Under the pieces are notes generated by a model that ran no database searches, was not told the DNA's origin, and worked only from the letters and a program-made list of their open reading frames with translations. Shown piece after piece: positions 16,236-19,926 of a DNA stretch of 19,926 nucleotides (position 1 is its first letter; the number at the start of each line of letters is the position of its first letter). Position numbers and translations under genes: made by a program. Origin of the DNA: Bdellovibrionia bacterium (GTDB lineage: Bacteria > Bdellovibrionota > UBA1018); the NCBI GenBank assembly GCA_049424145.1, contig JBMSSC010000041.1, positions 1 through 19,926 on the forward strand, read 5' to 3'.

Positions 16236-16706
16236 ATGGGCCGTAAAACTTTTATTCGTAAACGCGAAATTAATCCTGATCCTAAATTCAACGATGTGGT
16301 GGTGGCTAAGTTCATTAGTAGCTTACTGCAGCAGGGGAAGAAATCCACTGCTGAGAGTATTTTTTATGGCTGCATCGACGTGATGCAAACCCGCACGGGT
16401 GAAGATGGGCTCAAGCTGTTTAAAAAGGCTCTTGAGAACGTCAAGCCCCTTTTAGAAGTGAAATCTCGCCGAGTCGGTGGAGCCACCTATCAGGTTCCAG
16501 TGGAAGTGAAGCCTGCGCGCCGTCAATCCTTGGCGTCTCGTTGGTTGATTGAATCCGCTCGTGGCCGACCTGAGCATTCGATGGCTGAGCGATTAGCTGG
16601 TGAGATGATTGAAGCCTCCAATGGACGAGGCGGAGCGATGAAGAAGCGCGAAGACGTCCACAAGATGGCTGAAGCAAACAAGGCCTTCGCTCATTACCGC
16701 TGGTAA
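16236..16706 (+). CDS. rpsG: 30S ribosomal protein S7
   Basis: [14 protein letters not shown] and [22 protein letters not shown]. Confidence 0.99.
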   Translation: MGRKTFIRKREINPDPKFNDVVVAKFISSLLQQGKKSTAESIFYGCIDVMQTRTGEDGLKLFKKALENVKPLLEVKSRRVGGATYQVPVEVKPARRQSLASRWLIESARGRPEHSMAERLAGEMIEASNGRGGAMKKREDVHKMAEANKAFAHYRW

Positions 16707-16747
16707 GAGCGTCTGAGCCCAATCATTCATTCTTTTCGAGATCAACT

Positions 16748-18829
16748 GTGAGTGCGCTTCAAGGAATTCGTAATATTGGCATCATGGCCCATATTGATGC
16801 TGGCAAGACGACGACCACGGAGCGCATTCTTTTTTATACTGGCAAAACCCACAAAATGGGTGAGGTTCATGAGGGCACTACCGTCATGGACTGGATGCCT
16901 CAGGAGCAGGAGCGAGGAATTACCATTACCTCGGCCGCAACCACCTGTTTCTGGCAAAACCACCGCATCAATATCATCGATACCCCAGGTCACGTCGATT
17001 TCACGATCGAAGTTGAGCGCTCTTTACGAGTTCTGGATGGGGCCGTGGTGGTCTTTTCTGCCGTTGAGGGCGTGGAGCCTCAGTCGGAGACCGTTTGGCG
17101 GCAGGCAAATAAGTACCATGTTCCCCGCATTGCCTTTGTGAATAAAATGGACCGCGTCGGGGCAAACTATTTTGATGTTTTAACTCAAATCCAAGAGCGA
17201 CTCCTGGCTAAGCCCGTGGCCCTTCAGATTCCTTTAGGAAGTGAGGACTCGTTCCAGGGTGTAGTGGATCTGGTGGAGCGTAAGGCGCTCATCTGGGGGA
17301 GTGATCCTCAGAGCACTACGTTTGAAATTCAGGAGATTCCTGCTGATTTTCGGGAGGAAGCAAGCCAATACCGTGAGCAGTTACTGGAAGCTGCGGCTGA
17401 GTTCGATGAAACCCTCATGGATCAGTACTTAAACGGGGAGGAGATTCAGCCTGAGCGTTTGAGAGGGGCGATTCGTAAAGGATGTTTGGCTCTTCAAATG
17501 GTGCCTGTGATCTGTGGAGCCAGTTTTAAGAACAAAGGGGTTCAGCCCATTTTAGACTCGATTGTTCATTACTTGCCCTCTCCTTTAGATAAGCCTCCGG
17601 TCGAGGGAAAAGACCTCAAAGATGAGAGTCAGGTTTTAACCCGTAAGTGTTCTTTAGATGAGCCTTTTTCCGCTCTTGCCTTTAAGATCATGAATGATCC
17701 TTACGTGGGTCAGTTGACTTATTTTCGGGTCTACTCCGGACAAATTCAATCTGGGGTCATGGTTTATAATTCGGCTAAGGACAAAAAAGAGCGCTTAGGA
17801 AGGCTGCTTCAGATGCATGCCAACAAGCGGGAAGACGTGACGGGGGCTCAGGCCGGGGATATTGTGGCTGCTGTGGGGCTTCGTTTTACGACCACAGGAG
17901 ATACACTCTGTCAGGAGTCTAAGCCCATTTTGCTGGAGAAAATTGAGTTCCCCGAGCCCGTGATCTCCATTGCCATTGAGCCTAAGACCAAGGCGGACCA
18001 AGAGAAATTGGCCCAAGCACTTCAACGGCTTGCGATGGAGGATCCGTCGTTTCGCGTTCATGCCAACGAAGATACTGGGCAGACGCTCATTAGTGGCATG
18101 GGTGAACTGCACCTTGAGATCATCGTGGATCGCATGAAGCGTGAGTTTAAAGTTGAGGGAAATGTGGGTCAGCCTCAGGTGGCCTACAAGGAGTCCATCT
18201 CTGCGCGGGCTTCGGGCGAGGGTAAATTCATTCGTCAATCTGGTGGTAAAGGTCAGTACGGGCACTGTGTCATTCAGCTAGAGCCCTTGGAGCGAGGTCA
18301 GGGGTATCGATTTGTCAACTCGGTCCGAGCGGGAGCGATTCCTAAGGAGTTCATCCCTGCTGTGAATCAAGGGATCTATGAATCCATGTTAGGTGGCGTC
18401 GTCGCAGGCTATCCTCTGGTGGATATTCAAGCCACGCTCTTGGATGGTTCTTTTCATGATGTGGACTCCTCTGAGATTGCCTTTAAGATTGCAGCCTCCA
18501 TGGCTTTTAAAGAAGCGGCACTCAAGGCGGTTCCTGTGATTTTAGAGCCCATGATGTCGTGTGAAGTGGTTTGTCCCGATGATTACATGGGGGGTGTGAT
18601 TGGGGATTTAAATAGTAGGCGGGGTAAAATCCTGCAGTTAACCACGCGGCATGGGATGCAAGTGATTAAGTCAGAAGTTCCCTTATCGATGATGTTTGGG
18701 TACTCAACGGCTCTTCGTTCCTCCTCTCAGGGGCGCGCGACGTATTCCATGGAATTTGGTCATTACGAACCGGTTCCTCCTCAGATTTCCAATGAAATTA
18801 AGATCCGAGCCGGTGTTCTGATTCCCTAA
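16748..18829 (+). CDS. fusA: Elongation factor G
   Basis: [30 protein letters not shown] and HDVDSSE. GTG start with no obvious SD. Confidence 0.98.
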   Translation: MSALQGIRNIGIMAHIDAGKTTTTERILFYTGKTHKMGEVHEGTTVMDWMPQEQERGITITSAATTCFWQNHRINIIDTPGHVDFTIEVERSLRVLDGAVVVFSAVEGVEPQSETVWRQANKYHVPRIAFVNKMDRVGANYFDVLTQIQERLLAKPVALQIPLGSEDSFQGVVDLVERKALIWGSDPQSTTFEIQEIPADFREEASQYREQLLEAAAEFDETLMDQYLNGEEIQPERLRGAIRKGCLALQMVPVICGASFKNKGVQPILDSIVHYLPSPLDKPPVEGKDLKDESQVLTRKCSLDEPFSALAFKIMNDPYVGQLTYFRVYSGQIQSGVMVYNSAKDKKERLGRLLQMHANKREDVTGAQAGDIVAAVGLRFTTTGDTLCQESKPILLEKIEFPEPVISIAIEPKTKADQEKLAQALQRLAMEDPSFRVHANEDTGQTLISGMGELHLEIIVDRMKREFKVEGNVGQPQVAYKESISARASGEGKFIRQSGGKGQYGHCVIQLEPLERGQGYRFVNSVRAGAIPKEFIPAVNQGIYESMLGGVVAGYPLVDIQATLLDGSFHDVDSSEIAFKIAASMAFKEAALKAVPVILEPMMSCEVVCPDDYMGGVIGDLNSRRGKILQLTTRHGMQVIKSEVPLSMMFGYSTALRSSSQGRATYSMEFGHYEPVPPQISNEIKIRAGVLIP

Positions 18830-18868
18830 GGTGCGGGTCGACGACTGGACTGGTGTCTGCCCCCGTGG

Positions 18869-18896
18869 ACGAAGGGGCTCAATTTTAAAATTCCTA
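18869..18896 (+). terminator. Possible terminator after fusA
   Basis: GCCCC...GGGGC stem (18869-18888) followed by TCAATTTT; the U-tract is imperfect. Confidence 0.35.
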
Positions 18897-19043
18897 TTCC
18901 TTCTTTTTGTTGACCTCTACTCTCCGTTTCACCGGGGGTAGGAATGAAGCAGTTTTCCCTGCTCCCTCTTGAATTTTTTTTTGCCTTTGTGTATACCGAA
19001 GACAAGCTTCTAGGAAGTCTTTTCAATAGAAGTGGGAGGTCTC

Positions 19044-19926
19044 ATGAGTTTATTAGGATTGTTCATTGCCTCCGGTTGGGGTTTGACTTTCGTCCTGATT
19101 AAGAATTCAGTGAGTAGTCTGTCCCCGTTAAGTTTTGTTTCTTTGCGTTTTTCTGTTGCAGCGGTTGTTCTTGGTCTTCTTTTTCTCGGAAAAATCTTAC
19201 AAGGAGCCTTCACCGGAGAATCCCGTATTCGGGTTTCGGGTCGGGATTTTTTAAGTTCTGCGCTGGTGGGGTCTTTTCTCTTCTTGGGGTATTGGCTTCA
19301 GTCAACGGGTTTGAAAAGTGTTAGCGCTTCTCAAGCGGGTTTTATTATGGGGCTTGCTCCGGTTTTAGTGCCCTTCCTAGGGATTCCGTTATTGGGGATT
19401 CGTCTTTCCCCTCGAGCGGGCTTGGGAATGGCCTTTGTGATGTTGGGTCTGCCCCTTCTGACTTTGGAGTCGGATTTGGTGCCAACTCGAGGAACTCTTT
19501 ATTGTCTGGCCTCCTCTTTCGCTTTTGCCGCCCATGTCATCTCCATGCAGTATTTCTTGAGAAAAATCCCAGTTTTGGTCCTGACGTTTTTTCAAATCTT
19601 AGCCACCGCTCTGCTCTCCGGTGCGATGCTCTGGGGGGTTGAGCCTGAGAGTTGGAGTCAGATCCCAGGCGTCATTCAGAGTCGGGAAGTGCTCTTTGCC
19701 GTGCTTTTTTGTGGTGTTGGGGCCACGGCGCTGGGAACCTGGATTCAGTGTTACCTGCAGCAGAAGTTGAGCTTGGTGAAGTGTGCGCTGATCTTCTCAA
19801 CTGAGCCCGTATTTGGGGCGCTTTTTGGATTTCTTTTTCTTGGAGAGTGGATGAGTGGTGCCCAGTGGTTGGGGGCCGCGCTGGTGTTTTTAGGAGTCTT
19901 AGAAGGCGAGCTGGGCTGGTTTTTGG
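19044..19926 (+). CDS. EamA/DMT-family transporter, 3' end outside the window (not in the ORF track)
   Basis: Translated by hand, open from ATG 19044 (or GTG 19032; in-frame TAG at 19011) to the window end: MSLLGLFIASGWGLTFVLIK...LRFSVAA...LGYWLQSTGLKSVSASQAGFIMGLAPVLVP...IFSTEPVFGALFGFLFLGE. Typical two-repeat EamA pattern; GGAGGT upstream. Confidence 0.92.
   Translation, partial: MSLLGLFIASGWGLTFVLIKNSVSSLSPLSFVSLRFSVAAVVLGLLFLGKILQGAFTGESRIRVSGRDFLSSALVGSFLFLGYWLQSTGLKSVSASQAGFIMGLAPVLVPFLGIPLLGIRLSPRAGLGMAFVMLGLPLLTLESDLVPTRGTLYCLASSFAFAAHVISMQYFLRKIPVLVLTFFQILATALLSGAMLWGVEPESWSQIPGVIQSREVLFAVLFCGVGATALGTWIQCYLQQKLSLVKCALIFSTEPVFGALFGFLFLGEWMSGAQWLGAALVFLGVLEGELGWFL

Noticed and set aside
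18830..18890. Two ACGA motifs upstream of a DMT gene (guanidine-II riboswitch?)
   Set aside because: Neither ACGA is closed by a proper stem as a tetraloop, and they lie far from the start codon.
641..19595. Many short or antisense ORFs in the ORF track (for example 4634-5272, 10274-10696, 17795-18265, 19010-19213, 19389-19595)
   Set aside because: They overlap well-supported genes in other frames or on the other strand and show no recognisable motifs.

Overview
Bacterial chromosomal window, probably Bdellovibrionota/deltaproteobacteria-like (inferred from protein style, not proven). Most of it is housekeeping: a partial hppD, then pepP and dusB, converging on an acyl-CoA thioesterase-murI pair; an EamA/DMT transporter; a small acidic hypothetical gene; clpP-clpX-lon; rpsL-rpsG-fusA with no adjacent tuf, rpsJ or rpoC; and a second EamA/DMT gene that runs off the right edge and is missing from the ORF track. 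The unexplained part is about 5 kb between lon and rpsL. It holds a promoter followed by a ~145-nt structured RNA with a competing terminator-like hairpin, a secreted 319-aa protein ending in a domain resembling a subtilase propeptide, and a secreted 874-aa protein with a DCGET Cys motif, a candidate His and C-terminal ankyrin repeats. It also holds a perfect 17-bp inverted repeat and a ~520-nt A-rich leader before rpsL. Separately, back-to-back sigma70-like promoters appear to give leaderless transcripts for the thioesterase and the first EamA gene. I saw no CRISPR array, tRNA, rRNA or transposase. All family calls come from reading motifs by eye; no searches were run.
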